A DNA stretch of 58,451 bases, counting the filler, from Sphacelaria rigidula (lineage: Eukaryota): NCBI GenBank assembly GCA_964200075.2. It is 5 parts of 5 records of this genome, joined end to end, with 100 filler letters (N's around TTAATTAATTAA, not from the genome) between each part and the next. Parts side by side here need not be neighbours in the genome. Positions count along the whole stretch, not along the records: positions 35,133 to 46,742 come from CAXNAA020004708.1; positions 46,843 to 58,451 come from CAXNAA020004709.1; 3 more parts are not named here. The stretch is one strand, 5' to 3'. A program made the position numbers and the translations under genes. The stretch's first letter is position 1; each line of letters begins with the position of its first letter. Positions 36,211-49,050 of this stretch are shown here, piece after piece. The notes beneath the pieces are model-generated. The model was not told the origin of the DNA and did not search any database. It worked only from the letters and a program-made list of their open reading frames with translations.

Positions 36211-38899
36211 CATACCATTTACAGGAATAGATCACTATGAGTGTGACCTGGTGGTACCCCCGTTTTGATTGGGGGGTACTCCCTCGGATTCCATGGATAA
36301 TGACGATAGTGTGTACTGTGTAAAGAGGGAACCTACAAAATGCCGGCCAGGGGCCATCCCAAGCCCACCATGTTTGGAAAACCTCAATGTGGGCTAGGCC
36401 TGAGGATACCCCAGTGTTCATGGACGGGGTATCCCCTAGGTACCATGGATAATGGCGATAGTAGGTATCATACACTGACAACAGTACGGTAAGGTCAGCT
36501 GAGCACAGTCAGAACTATAGACAGTACGGGCTCGTTCGTGCAGCGGCTGAGTAAACAGACGAACACATACGTCCGCAGAGCCAGACATTACTGTGGAGAT
36601 CCGAGAGACGGGAGCCCATTTGTTTGGCGATTTGTTCGGATTAATCCAACCCAACTCTTCATTCGGATTCCATCACGGAACCATCACTCAACGGCTACTT
36701 CTACCATGGCAACGCCGGAGTGACACAACTTTTCTACTTTTGTGCCAATGTGCAGTATCAAGGTTGGCTTTGCACACGGTACAGCTGCCCGAAGGCAAGC
36801 GAAGGTAACTACCAGTAACTGATCAAATCAGAGCAGTTTCATGCTGATTGGTATTACAGGGTGCACCTTACATTTGTATGTAGCACGAGAACGACACCGT
36901 TTTGCAACAGAGTGGATGCAGTGGTGCTACTGACGACTACTCTCCGGAATCGCTCTGCTCCTTGGGGGTACGGGCTTGTACAGTGCACTGGTACAGCAGG
37001 TTGACGATCAATCGCAACGTGCCAAGAATTTAAGGACTTCCCAACCCACCGCGCAACTCAAAGTCATAATCCAGCGGTCAGACCGCCCCGCACGGGCCGC
37101 CAAAAGAACCGACACATAGAAACTGCTCGGGTTGAACTTCTCACGCACAGGCAATCCCTGGGTGGTGAAGGCATTGTTCAATTACGTATACTGGTGGAGG
37201 AGCGGTACACCAGACAAAGCGGACACCCACGTGCAACCTCAAAGACACTACTCGTAAGCAGACATGGCTTGATCCGTGGAGGATACCACAAAGTCATCCC
37301 GACGGAGGGGAGAGGCTGAAAGTGTGACAGAAAAGAAAAAAAAGAGTCAGGCTAGCACTTGGTGGGTTTTGTCGGATTATGTCAGCTTTGCTTAATCCGT
37401 TTCGGTCGATTTCCCCGCTGTCTCAGAATATGATTATATTGTGGACATTGGAAGCAGCACACTTGTCGAGGTAGAGCGTGTAAGAAATCACAACACACAC
37501 CTTCGTACTCTCAGTACATACTTCGAGGCACGTGGGAACTCATTGTGCAAAGAAGAACGGACATGAACGACATGTACTGTACTCCGACATACACCCCAGT
37601 AAATGACCAAGGACCTTGCTTCAGCTTGGAATACACCCGCTCCCGCATGCTGGACTACACAAGAACAGCACCGCCCCGCCCTCCCCACCCCGTCAACATG
37701 AATCAATGCCCTTCCCCGGGACGAGTCCGCATGGAACCGTCTCTTCCCGAGCACATTCTTGACATCTCGGTATCGCGTATGGAACCAGCAGACTCACGCC
37801 GCATCGAGTCTCGTTACATCGTCGAATGTTCCATGCGACAGTACGCAAGTCCGCACACCATCAACGACGGAGGCGAACATGTACACCATCATTGGCGGCG
37901 ACACAGAACCATCAATCAGCGCAGAATCTCACCACGTATGCAACATAAAATCCGAAGGACACGAGCGAGGTTGTCGCAGAGAGGTCCACGGCGATGGACA
38001 GCAGTAGTATCAACACCTGAATATTTTTGTTCCATTGGGCAAAAGCGCCAGCAACATCGTGCGAGTCCGCGATGGGAGCAAAGGCAGGGCGGTGGTGGGC
38101 GGGTGAGAGATGGACTTCACGGTTTCTTTCTCCCCGATTCATTTCAAATAACATTACAACTAGTGCCCATCAAAGATTTTTACTTGGACCTTTCGAGGGC
38201 GCGTTTTAACCACAACCACTTGCAATATTATTTACATACCATTCCGGCCTCAGTTCGTTCTAATGGAAGAAATCTCTTCCCTTTTGTTCAGGACCACCGA
38301 ATATTTATTTGCTAGAAGCCTGCCTCGCGTGAACAAAGACACAAGAATACAGCTGAATATTGTTGTCATCGGGAGGTGATCGTCAGCCTCCTGTAGACTG
38401 TGTTCCTAGTCGGCGGTTATCTCGATTTCAGAGTCTACTTGTTGGTGAGAACCATTCGCCTGTTGGACAACACGCAGCAAAAAGAGGGGCTGTGCGTCGT
38501 ACTCGCGCGTGTGTTCCTGTTGAGATGGGGGGAAGGGAGGGAAGGGCGGAGGGAAGGGATTCTTCGCCCAAGCACGTGTTCTGTTCGCTTTTCCATACTC
38601 TTCACAAATAAACAACTGACCACCGATCTGACAACATCGCAAAAAAGCGAAAGTACAACAATTTTCAGTACCACCGGTCGGACCTTGAATATATGCACGC
38701 AGTACAGGATTCACTCGGATACACGCACCTCCGCCCGCACACAAGAAGGCGAGAAAACGTTTTATCGCACAACGATTTCCCTTCACGAACAGCCTGACTC
38801 CACCGCAACACAAGATACTTTGATCGAGGGCGTCTGATTCCATATTGAGCGAGAATCATCAGCGATACGAGAGAACATTTGAATAGTCTTTCATCGTCA

Positions 38900-39301
38900 C
38901 ACACGCGGCCATTCGGCTACCCCCATAAACATCCTCTATCGCGATTTTCATCCTCTCGAGGGTAAAGTCACCTTCCGGAGGATAACAATACCCTCTAGAG
39001 GGTATTTCATACTCAGTTCCGGTCATAAAACGAATCCTCTGGAGGGCATCTGATGCTCCAGTGACTTCTGAGGTCTGAATCCCTCGTGAGTGACAAACAA
39101 AATGGTGATCTGGAGGGCTGCGCATCCTCCAAGTTTCTCCAGAGGGTGCGCGGTCCTCCAGAGGCAAAACAAGCCTCTGGAGGCGTTCAAGCCCACCCCT
39201 CTGGAGGGCCGCGCACCCTCTAGAGGCGTTTAATCCCTCTGGAGGCTCGAAAAGTTGACCGGAACAGAGTATTGTTGGGGGTAGCCGAATGGCCGCGTGT
39301 G
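38900..39301. mobile_element. MITE family F with CACAC termini and 2-bp TSD (CA)
   Basis: Perfect 26-bp TIR cacacgcggccattcggctaccccca. Internal cctc(c/t)(a/g)gagg motifs. Confidence 0.9.
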
Positions 39302-40109
39302 CAAAGTGTCTACTTTCGACACCATTTGTGCTAGACAATCTCAGGCAGTCATTTCCCTGCCGGTGACGAAGTCAATTGCGACATCACCATCACCATCGAT
39401 GGTCCACCTCGATTCTGGCTTCGCCTGTTTTTACACAAGACACGTCCTAACCGAACGCGCTGATTAACACACGAGAAAGCGTGTGCATCACCACACAGTG
39501 CACTAATGCGCCTTCCCTGGTCCCTGGCCCGTCCAAAGGCGGCAGCCTCCCGACCTACTCTCAAGATCTTGACTCCATTCTTCCAAAAAGCACTCCACCC
39601 ATAGAACTCCAACCCTTGTGAGACGCTCTTCTCGCCAACAAGCCTCACAGCCCATCATCACGATACCCCCGACAGGACACAACAGGACACACGGACACCA
39701 ACCAGACCACACATGCACGGCCCCCCTCTCGCACGTCGTCGCGTGCATGATAACGTACAAGAACTCACCACCAACAGATGATGGGACCAGGCGTCCCCCG
39801 GACTTGACATACTATACGCGTTCTTGGAAGAGATCAGTTGCTGGGAGCTGAAATTTTATGACCAAGGAGGGGGCAGGGGATGGGAGGGGGGCATGAGGCT
39901 CAAGAGGACAAGAAAATAAAGAGTGCATGAATTGTAGTGGTTATCGTTGACAATTATCATATTTTGACATGTGAGACAAAAATATTTCTATTTGTGCGAT
40001 TTCCTTGGTCGTTGTTATTAGCATTTGAAACTCTCACAGGAGACAGTTTTGCATCAGTTCGTTCAAAACCAGGGACGATCTACACATACCTTGTTTCGTC
40101 GATTATAAG

Positions 40110-40440
40110 TAGTCTAAAATCAAGTGATGACGTGATTCATCTATACTCAGTTCAAGTAACTCGCGTCTCAGCTACTCTAAAATCAAGCGACGAGGTTCAC
40201 GGGTACTCAGTTAAAGTAAATTGCCTCTTTATCCTAAGATCAAATAACTTGCCTCAGCTGGTCTAAGGTCAAGTGACGTGGTTCGCCTGCTCTCAGTTAA
40301 ACTGACTTGCCCCAGCTATTCTGACTTGTTTCACCTATATTCTGACCAAGTAACTTGCCTCCGTTATTCTAAAATCAAGTGACGTCGTTCACCTGTACTT
40401 GGTTCAAGTAACTTGCCTCCGTATTCTGAGATCGAGTAAT
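40110..40440 (+). repeat. Degenerate ~55-60-bp tandem repeat
   Basis: tctaaaatcaagtgac...ttcacct...tcagtt.aagtaacttgcctc repeated about 5-6 times, some partial. Confidence 0.75.
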
Positions 40441-41817
40441 TCGTTCGTTACAGGACTTAGCGTGTGAGTAGATCTATTTCAAGTATTTGGTGTACCCCCC
40501 GCCCCCTTGAGCGCCGAAAATGAGAGAAATGAAGTGTGGGTCCTAGACTTCTTTCTTACATACCCGCAGGTTCCCAGGGTTTTTTTCGATCGAACGAAGA
40601 AGCGCGGCGGAATTGATAAGATCGAATTTGTATGTTCCGTGCGATTTGGGTCGAAGCTAATTGCCTACTGCAGTACACCCAACAATCCATACTGTGCGCA
40701 GTACACTTTCTGTCAATGTAATCTTCTGTTCATGGTGTGGAAAACTGTGATTACGACCTGTTATGACCCGACCCGCTTACTGGTGGTAACCCCGGACCCA
40801 TCATCCCGGGCCTATCATCTCCTGGGCTGTCATTCTCCAACTCCTTGTCCGGGCTACACGGTAGTCATGGCGTCTGTCCCGCAACGCCCCACCGTCTCAG
40901 TCCTATGCTTGTCCCAGGCCTTTCCCTGGAAAGATTACACGAACCAAGTCAACGTCACGTCCCTACACGCGTCGTACCCTTACACCAAGTGACAAGCTAC
41001 AACCTACACCCACCCACCGTCCCGGGTTAGATAAGCCATGCTGCCGTGCACAGGCCTGTCTATACTGTATACATACAGCCTGTCTGCTTGTGTGTGCGTG
41101 CTTCGTACGGTAGGATGTGAAAAACAAGCATGCAAGGTACAGTACAGGCACCATAGGACTGTTTATACTCTCTGCACAGCGAACAATATGACAATGACTT
41201 GAAGATCGTGCAGTTTTGTACTGTCTGCACACTGCATGAATGAGCGTGTACGCAAGTCGGTTGCCCACCCCACCCCTCAATTCCGCCCCCGACCCCAGCG
41301 ACAAAAGTTGCTGAGTTTTTAGCCAACAAAATAGAAACACCTCATGCCACAAGGGTAATAGTGTCGGCTCCCATTACTGCATTGTATCCCCTGTGCTCAA
41401 CTCGCGCTGCATGCTGCACGATTGTGGTGGTGACTGAAAATGAATTTGGTGGGGTTTGCATGGTTCTGTGAACGGGTGGTATCCAGTGTGGGGGTTCAAG
41501 ATATTAGAGTCAAGTGCCCCTTCGTCTCTTTTCGCCGCATGTTTCGATAAAAAACGCTGAGGCCGTGTCTTATCCGAGATCAAGAAAAAAGCGGGAAGAA
41601 GAGCGACAATCGTCCAAAAGCAGCATGTTGATTGACCACCGGGCGGGTCTATTGTTGCGGCGACTGATCAACATGCTGCTTTTCGACGCTTGTCCCTCTT
41701 CCCATTTATTTTTGGTCTCATCAAGACACGCGATAAGCCTTGGCATATTTTGCCTTCCGTCCGCGCGCGAACAAATATCAATAACAGTTGGGCCAGCTAT
41801 GAACATAAATGATATCA

Positions 41818-42294
41818 GGCCGGATGTTATGGCAAACAGATTTTTGGCCCGCGGGTCGTTCACTTTTGGGGCGTTTGACCCACTTTTTGACCCCCAAATA
41901 GGGAAAATCGCCAACACGCGTCTCGGACACTTTGCATCACCCCACAGAGAGGAGCCTGAAGCAGATTCGCTTGGCTCCGAGGTTTCGAGATTGGTCGCTG
42001 AACAATATTTCACGTGCAAAAATCTGTGCTTGCCGACCCCCGCTAGTTTGCCCAATAATCTGTGGAGATCGCCGCAGGTTTTATTGCACACGGATTATTG
42101 TTCGGCGGCCGCTCTCGAAACCTTAGAGCCGAGCGAATCTGAAAAGTGGGCTAGGCTCCTCTCTGTGGGGTGATGCAAAGTGTCCAAGACGTGTGTATTG
42201 GCGATCTCCCCTGTTTCGGGATAAAAAAGTGACTGAAACGTCCCAAAAGGGAACAATCCGTGGGCCAAAAATCCGAGTACCATAACATCCGGCC
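41818..42294. mobile_element. PIF/Harbinger-type foldback MITE with 3-bp TSD (TCA)
   Basis: tca|ggccggatgttatgg ... ccataacatccggcc|tca. Inverted similarity extends about 200 bp into each arm. Confidence 0.85.
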
Positions 42295-42547
42295 TCAGTT
42301 TGAAAATGTTACTTTCCACCGCACTTTTTCGATCGAAAAAATTATGCTGAGGCACGCCCTGCCGAAAAAGACGAGGTGATAGAAAAACAAAATGCAATGC
42401 ATACTTTATGGCCTCGACGACGATACCGGATCCTTCGAAAATCACTCAAGCCTATAAGGAAGCTGCGCATAGCTAGTCAACCACGAATGGGAAGTCTTGG
42501 CTGGTCCAGCTCGTAGTGATGCGTATCGTATCCCAGGTTGCCATATA

Positions 42548-43352
42548 CAGCACGTGGCGCCTGAACTGCTCATTTTGTAATTTCTTCGTAATTTGCGAGT
42601 TTCTCGGGCTCTTTCGCTCGCCACCGCTCATGACATTGTGAATCTGAAGAGAAATGTATCCCCTCCACATTCCAAGCAAAAAAATATCCGCATTCAAGAT
42701 GTTGAGTGACTTACGGGATGACCGATCATCGGGGGTCCTGACACGTTTCAGCCCAAATTCTGACTCTTCGGGACTTTCGGTCGACCGAGCCTGTGCCCGT
42801 CATATTTGTGAAGAAATGAACAGATTTATGTTTTTCAAATTCTACTCACTCACTGCACTCTTGATCGATTGTTGATTGTCGCGCTTTAACTGACCCCCCA
42901 GGGGTCCAGCCGTGGTCGCATGATAGACGTACACAAGAAAAGCAAAACTGAAACACTCGCTCAAAAAAATAATAAATAGAAAAAATGTCGAACAGAACGA
43001 CATACTGTAGTAGAATAAAGAGTGAAAAAAAAAAAGAGAAAAAAATCAACAAAAGCAAAGCACTGAAAGAGATGTCCGACGCAAAAAAAAAATGGCAGAA
43101 CAAAAAGGAATGAAATAATAAAAAAGGAAACACTAGAGTCGAAAAACTGTGTTTTATGGTCAATAATATCCTTGATAAACGGGGTATCTACTCGTATCGC
43201 CCGATAAAACCAACACTAACTTGGGCACTGGGGGGGAAATAAGATATGTTCATCCTACCAAAATCTACCGACACTAGCCCTTTCGAGTTCTATCGAAGAG
43301 TAGTCGCTAGAAAAAACATCTTGAATAAAAATAGTTGAGGCATCCAGTACTA
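42548..43352 (+). mobile_element. MITE family C copy interrupted by a family 3 retroelement fragment (about 42866-43130, minus)
   Basis: Both flanks align collinearly with 44555-45105. The insert matches 21746-22050. Confidence 0.75.
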
Positions 43353-43698
43353 TATCTACCCCGGTATGCCCGGAATACATGGCACCGATTTCGTCTAAAA
43401 TTGCACGGCATTTCGATACCATTCATGGTATCTCGTGTCCAGCGGAATGTCGTACGATACGTGATATATCCCGCAATGTTCGTAGCTTCATGCGTAATAA
43501 CCAGGTCGATTCTAAATTTGAGACGTTTTGGATACGTCTAGACGCGATTATCCTCGCAACGTATCCGACATCATGCGGTATCACTTGATACCATATATCG
43601 GACATGTATAATCGTTATTGCGACTTTTTCACAGCAGCTATTGAATATCGTGTCGCGTCGATTCCTTTCTCGATACGCATCACCATCTTCGATCTGAA

Positions 43699-43798
43699 CC
43701 TTTTGACAACGAGGGTAGGTCATCTGCTCATTCGGCATTAATAATCACTTGAAAAAAGTGTGTGATATGGATGGACTACCCGCACCGCGGTCACAGGG
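43699..43798 (+). mobile_element. ~100-bp piggyBac-type MITE, family G
   Basis: CC...GGG termini flanked by degenerate TTAA (tgaa/ttga). Matches 54147-54246 and 47560-47663. Confidence 0.65.
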
Positions 43799-43955
43799 TT
43801 GAAACGAGCTCGATTTCCAGTTCATGAGATGACTGTTCAAGTAACGTTCTCGGAAATGTATGGTTTAGAAATTGCGCTCACGCTAACCCCAACCCAAACG
43901 CCACACGTACCGAGGATCCTACCGAGAATCCTCGGGCAAGAAGCTTGTAGAAGGT

Positions 43956-44175
43956 TACACGTGGCCATTTGGCTACCCCCTAGAATGCCTCCGGAAGGAT
44001 GCGCGGCCCTCCAGAGGCAAAAGCAAGCCTCCTGAGGCGTTGAATCCCTCTAAAGGAAACCAAAAAATCTCTTCTGGAGGGCCGCGCACCCCTCCGGAGG
44101 CGTTCAAGTCCTCTGGAGGCTCGAAAAGTTGACCGCCCTGGAGGAATTTTGGGGATAGCCAAATGGCCGCATGTG
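43956..44175. mobile_element. MITE family F, 2-bp TSD (GT)
   Basis: gt|tacacgtggccatttggctacccc ... ggggatagccaaatggccgcatgtg|gt. Confidence 0.85.
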
Positions 44176-44309
44176 GTGCTATGGACGAAGTGTGCGTTGG
44201 CAGATGTCAAACCGGTGCCTGCGGCGCCGATTTTTGACAGAAACGCGTAATGCGCACGCTACTCGTAGGAGTCACATGGCGCAGTGGAAAAACTTGTGGG
44301 TTTTGTTTG

Positions 44310-44543
44310 TAGAGCACGGATATGTTCGGTAAGGTATGAAATTTCTTACAGAACCTACAGAACTGTCTGTGGGGTGCGGTATGGAGGTTGTACATGAAAC
44401 CTCACCCGCAACCAGGTATTTCTACAAGAAGAGTATATCCATACCCCGGGTAACGGTAAACATTTCATACAGATCCTGCTATCTGTCGGGTACGGGTAAT
44501 GCCCGAGTGTACAAAAACTCGTTCCCTGCAGAACACAACGTTG
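44310..44543 (+). repeat. Repeat family A copy
   Basis: Aligns with 160-350. Ends ccctgcagaacacaacgttg, the inverse of the left terminus at 145. Confidence 0.7.
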
Positions 44544-44554
44544 AAAAAACTCTA

Positions 44555-45105
44555 CAGTAGTGGGCGGCCTAACTATTCATTTTGTGGCATTTTGTGATTT
44601 TCTCGTAATTGGCGATTTACTTGGGCGTTTTTCGCTTGCCGCCCCTTATCACATCGTGGATATGAAGATATTGGTATCCGCTCCACATTCCAAAAAGAAA
44701 AACCCAGCTGCACTCAATATTGAGTGACTTACGGGCTGATCGGTCATCGGGTGTGCTGCCACGTTTCAGCCCAGGTTCTTACTCTTCTGTATTTTCGGTC
44801 GATCGAGCCCGTCCCGATCATATTTTCAAAGAAATGTACAGTTTTTTTTGTTCTTTAATTCTACCTACTCATTGCACTAGGGCCAGAAACTGTGTTTCAC
44901 GGTCAATAACACCCTCCTGATGAACGGGGTATCTACTCGTTTCGCCCGATAACACCAACTAACACTGACTTGGGCACTGTGTTTCGAAGATGATCTGTTT
45001 TTTTGTACCAAAACCTAGCGGCGCTAGCAACTTCGAGTTCTATCGAAGAGTAGTACGCGACGAAAACCCCCAAACACCACCAAATAGTTAGACCGCCCAC
45101 TACTG
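44555..45105 (+). mobile_element. MITE family C, intact, pogo/Tigger-type (CAGT termini, TA TSD)
   Basis: TA|cagtagtgggcggcctaactatt ... aatagttagaccgcccactactg|TA, 22 of 23 matches. Confidence 0.9.
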
Positions 45106-45403
45106 TACTGCTCCAGACACGGGGAACAGAGGTGAAATTAAAAAATACAATATCAAATACCAACAAGAAAAAGTCGTATGGCCGTAACCCCCTCAGATTG
45201 CCTGAATGTGCCTAGGCGAGGCCTTAATTGTGTGTCGGAGCAAGGGTGCCCCCCCCCCCCCCCTGAATCCCAGACCCTATGCCCCTTTTTGAAATCCTTG
45301 AGTTTTTCGGGGGGCAGGGGGGTTACTCAATATCATACATAAATGATGAAACAATGATAATAAAAACCAATAAAAAATAAAAATAAAGTAAAAAGTACAT
45401 GTA

Positions 45404-45704
45404 CCAATGTTTTCGTGAGATTGAGAGTAGAGGATACGATTGAGAGTATAAAGCGGTCAATTTGTGAATGAATCGCTTCAGTTCTGAAATGCCCCCCCAA
45501 GAGCCCCGATACGCTTTTTGTAGTGGCTTGCCACTTAAGCCTTTGATATCTCTGGGTAGGATATCGACATGTAGCTGTAAGCACACGCTGCTGGTGACAG
45601 AGGCAAAGAAAATCACTCACGGAATGGAAAAATGACCGAGTTAGAGCGAATGACCAAAGCCACTCTCAATCAGCGTTCTACTCTCAATCTCACGAAAACG
45701 ATGG
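45404..45704. mobile_element. MITE family E, TA TSD, Tc1/mariner-pogo type
   Basis: TA|ccaatgttttcgtgagattgagagtaga ... tctactctcaatctcacgaaaacgatgg|TA. Confidence 0.8.
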
Positions 45705-45706
45705 TA

Positions 45707-46027
45707 TGTGTGTGTGTGTCGTTCCATCTATTCTGGACGCCGGTCTACACCTGTCGGTATAAGGAGGCGCACCAGCAGGGGTCACACAGAATGAAGGTCA
45801 ACACAGGAGTTTTTTTCTTTTTAGTACTCCACCGTCCTTCTGCGGTGCTTGCCTTTATTTTTTATCGCGAGAGGGGCTGAGCACTCCCTTTCCCTCGTCG
45901 ACCGTTGAGTCGAATTTTGTGTACCCTCGACATTGTCGCTCTCCACTGTTGGGCATGTTATGAGAAAAAATCTCAGATCGCTCCGAGATTTGAACCCACT
46001 ACCCAACCATCAGAAGGTTTCGAGGTA
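45707..46027 (-). mobile_element. SINE family 1 copy, 5'-truncated
   Basis: Aligns with 17625-17950. (TG)n tail on the plus strand. Confidence 0.85.
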
Positions 46028-46377
46028 CGTAGGAAAAATCAAAATGCGTGTCCATGAAGCCTTAATTCTTCGCGTACCTTCGGAGCCAAGTAAGGCCAAG
46101 TTGTATTTTTTATGGGTTTCGGCAATACATTGCACATCACATTTCCACGACCAAAACAAGACCAGACAAATACCACGATGATTTCCAATGCTTGCTCAAT
46201 CACGCGAAACGCATCTATCTGCACCGCCAATGTGCGTCCAGTATGTGTCGCATCTTGTGGTGGCAGATAGGGCCAACAATCATGGGCGCTACCTTACCCA
46301 AGTCGCCCCCAAATGGCTATTTGTTGAGTGTTTCTTGATGTGAAGGGAAAAAAAGCATACGTCCGCCGGAAGGTGGT

Positions 46378-46670
46378 GGGGGGGGTGTACTCATTATCAT
46401 GCATACCATAGTCATTAGACCATTGACCTCGCATCCCACGCCGGGTTTTCGCCCGACCAGGCTCGCACTCAATCACCAAGCGCGAGGCGCCGTGGTATGT
46501 TCGGCGAGTCGCATGAAGAAGGGTGAGCTGCATCCTACCAAGATTGTTCTGCCCGACGCCTGCCGATTGATTATCTTGCATTTAGATGACAGCCTACAAT
46601 TAAGTGCTTTATTTTCTGGTATCGTCACTCCCGGAAAATACCCGAGGGGGGGGGAGGGGATACATGGGGT
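46378..46670 (+). repeat. Repeat family B copy with family D-like terminus
   Basis: ggggtgtactcatt...accattgacc followed by the family B core. Confidence 0.7.
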
Positions 46671-46742
46671 CTCGGAGGTTTTGTTTCGGGCACCCTTGGT
46701 CGGGGTCACTGTTTCTTTCAACAAACGATACGCCTGCTGACG

Positions 46743-46842
46743 NNNNNNNNNNNNNNNNNNNNNNNNNNNNNNNNNNNNNNNNNNNNTTAATTAATTAANN
46801 NNNNNNNNNNNNNNNNNNNNNNNNNNNNNNNNNNNNNNNNNN
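46743..46842. other. Artificial linker
   Basis: Seen directly. Confidence 0.98.
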
Positions 46843-46980
46843 GCTGAGATTGTTCGGCCCGAAGCCTACTGACTATCTTGCATTTGGATGACAGCCTTCA
46901 ATGAGTTGCTGTGTTGTATGGTGTCGCCACTTGCAGAGACAGTCACGCCTTATACCTTGCCTCGTGGGTGTCTCACCATG
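46843..46980 (+). repeat. Repeat family B, partial
   Basis: Aligns with 6941-7078. Confidence 0.8.
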
Positions 46981-47240
46981 TAAACACTACGTAGTACGAT
47001 CATATCCGTTCTACGGAGTCGAGGTTCTCCCACGCCGTACAACATGATCTAGCTCGACGATTATCATGGTTACCGCGAAAACAATCGCAAGCGCGCAAAA
47101 ACAAAGCGGTAACTTGGTTGCCTAGCTGCCGCAGTGAGTGGTGTGTTACACAGCTTCATCGCCAAACGACGCCAACCCCATAGGGGGTCCGCCGCTACAA
47201 AGCCGGGACTTAGCACGCCGGGTTCTCGCCGGACCAGGCT

Positions 47241-47515
47241 GGGGAGGGGGGATAGGGGGTTGATAACACTCAGTGCCATGACGCCGTGAGCGCTCCCTTA
47301 ACACTACCGTCTGTGCGGTCCAACTCTGTACTCTACAGACGGACGAACAATGGGTCGTGTGTATATGTTCCGCAAGGGGCAGGGGGTGGGAGGGAGGGGG
47401 GTTGATGACACTCAGTACCATCACGCCGTGTGTGCTCTCCCAACACTACTAGCTGTGCGGTCCAACTCTGTACACTACAGACGGACGAAAAATGGGTCGT
47501 GTGTATATGTTCCGC
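47241..47515 (+). repeat. ~140-bp tandem duplication
   Basis: ggggttgat.acactcagt.ccat.acgccgtg...gtgtatatgttccgca occurs twice. Confidence 0.85.
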
Positions 47516-47559
47516 ATGTATGTATCATATATTCGCGCATGGTCGGTACAAGTATAGAT

Positions 47560-47663
47560 TTCGAAACACCGCGATGCGGGTACGAGTCCATCTGGATCAT
47601 GCATACTTCTTGAAGTGAAATTGATGCCGATTCAGCCGGTGACCTACCCTCGCGGTCAAAGGG
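47560..47663 (-). mobile_element. piggyBac-type MITE family G copy
   Basis: Reverse complement begins ccctttgaccgcgagggtagg. Confidence 0.65.
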
Positions 47664-49050
47664 TAAATACGCACGAGCTTCGAGTTTTGACCAGAGGGTC
47701 CACGACTAGCCAAAAGGAACACAGGTAGAACAGTAGCGTCGTCACGCCACGTGTGCTCGCGTGAAAGGACATGCGAGACCTACGAGTACCGCAACCGATA
47801 TGACCGTGCGTCACGGTGAAACCCCAGCTCGTTAAACCGTAGATGCGGGTGGTTTTTCAGGCAGCAACCCGTGGATAGGGCTCGACACACTGCGCTGACC
47901 ATGCACAATCGTGATACATCTCGCATAGCACGAAGATTGACGCAATAGAGATACGCAGCTGAAACGGGTGCAACGAGGTTGGTTTTTTCTTCCAGACAGA
48001 GTTACCTCCTTTATGATCAGCGCTGCTCGAAGTGTTCGATATGCGGCACGATCACACGCCTTCACCTTGCCCGGAAATATGTACCATGCATGCTTTCCGG
48101 TGTATGTTCATACATCCAAAACTTTACTTACGGAAGAAAAGCTGCCAAGACTGAAATATACACCTGGACGCATGGCACACATTTCCAGGCAAGACGAACA
48201 CGCTGAAGAAACGCGAAGCTTTTTTCGTAACACCACATGTGTGGAAGCCCCGTGTGTATCATCAATGCGGCACCTTGACGGAAGTACACATGATATTTGC
48301 AGTGAAAGCGACTACTCAACGCAAATGACGAACACTAATTCAATTCGGTTCAGTGGAAAACCGCGCACCAATTGCTCGTCGCTGTTGCTCTCAACGTGCT
48401 TCCGGGTGCCGATAAAAGGACATCATGGTGCATCAGTGCAGCAGAGTTTGCCCCAAATATCTCCCCAGTTTCCATGATTCAGAAATACTTGGTTTCAGTT
48501 TGGATCGTCACATTCGGATCTTTGAGGGGTAGGCAGTCTCAGAAGTTGACCCAGCGCACTCAGCATGCATCATTGCTCCGCCGATGCACACTTTGCCTAA
48601 AGCACCCGAACACCCCCCGAACACCCCCCCCTGCTTCTCGGCACGTACCGCCTTGGGTTCGGCTTAGGCATAGGGTTGGGATTGGGGTTCGAGAAAAGCA
48701 AGTGTGTATCGACATAGGCAGTTGGCAAACAGATGAGGTATACGCACCTCTACCAGTTACTCGAATGCTGCAAGCGTTCAGAAGGATCCCTGTATTTGCG
48801 TCACAACCACAGTATCTTTGAGATTGTCATCGCACCATGTCGCTCATAACTCAAAACAATGTCACATCAGTCTACAGCTGTAACTGGAATATCCAAACAA
48901 GTCGCAGTACGAACACGACGCACGGCTCACAATCCACACTGCGTGCCGCAAAACTTCGACAAAGTTCTAGTAGACGTATCCGGGGTGCAGATATATTCTC
49001 GATTATATCATCACTATAGCATGGGAGCCCCATTCAATCGTCGGTCTTAC

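Noticed and set aside
35763-36481. Poly-Pro and poly-Gly ORFs
   Set aside because: They arise from poly(C) tracts next to an N gap.
37545-38315. 256-aa ORF
   Set aside because: No recognisable motif or splice support.
36240-41220. Solo LTR candidates at about 36242-36728 and 40759-41200
   Set aside because: TG-starting LTR-like composition, but no matching TSD, PBS or second copy.
41514-42445. ORFs of 116-219 aa
   Set aside because: They overlap the Harbinger foldback MITE and show mirror-image peptides with no recognisable domain.
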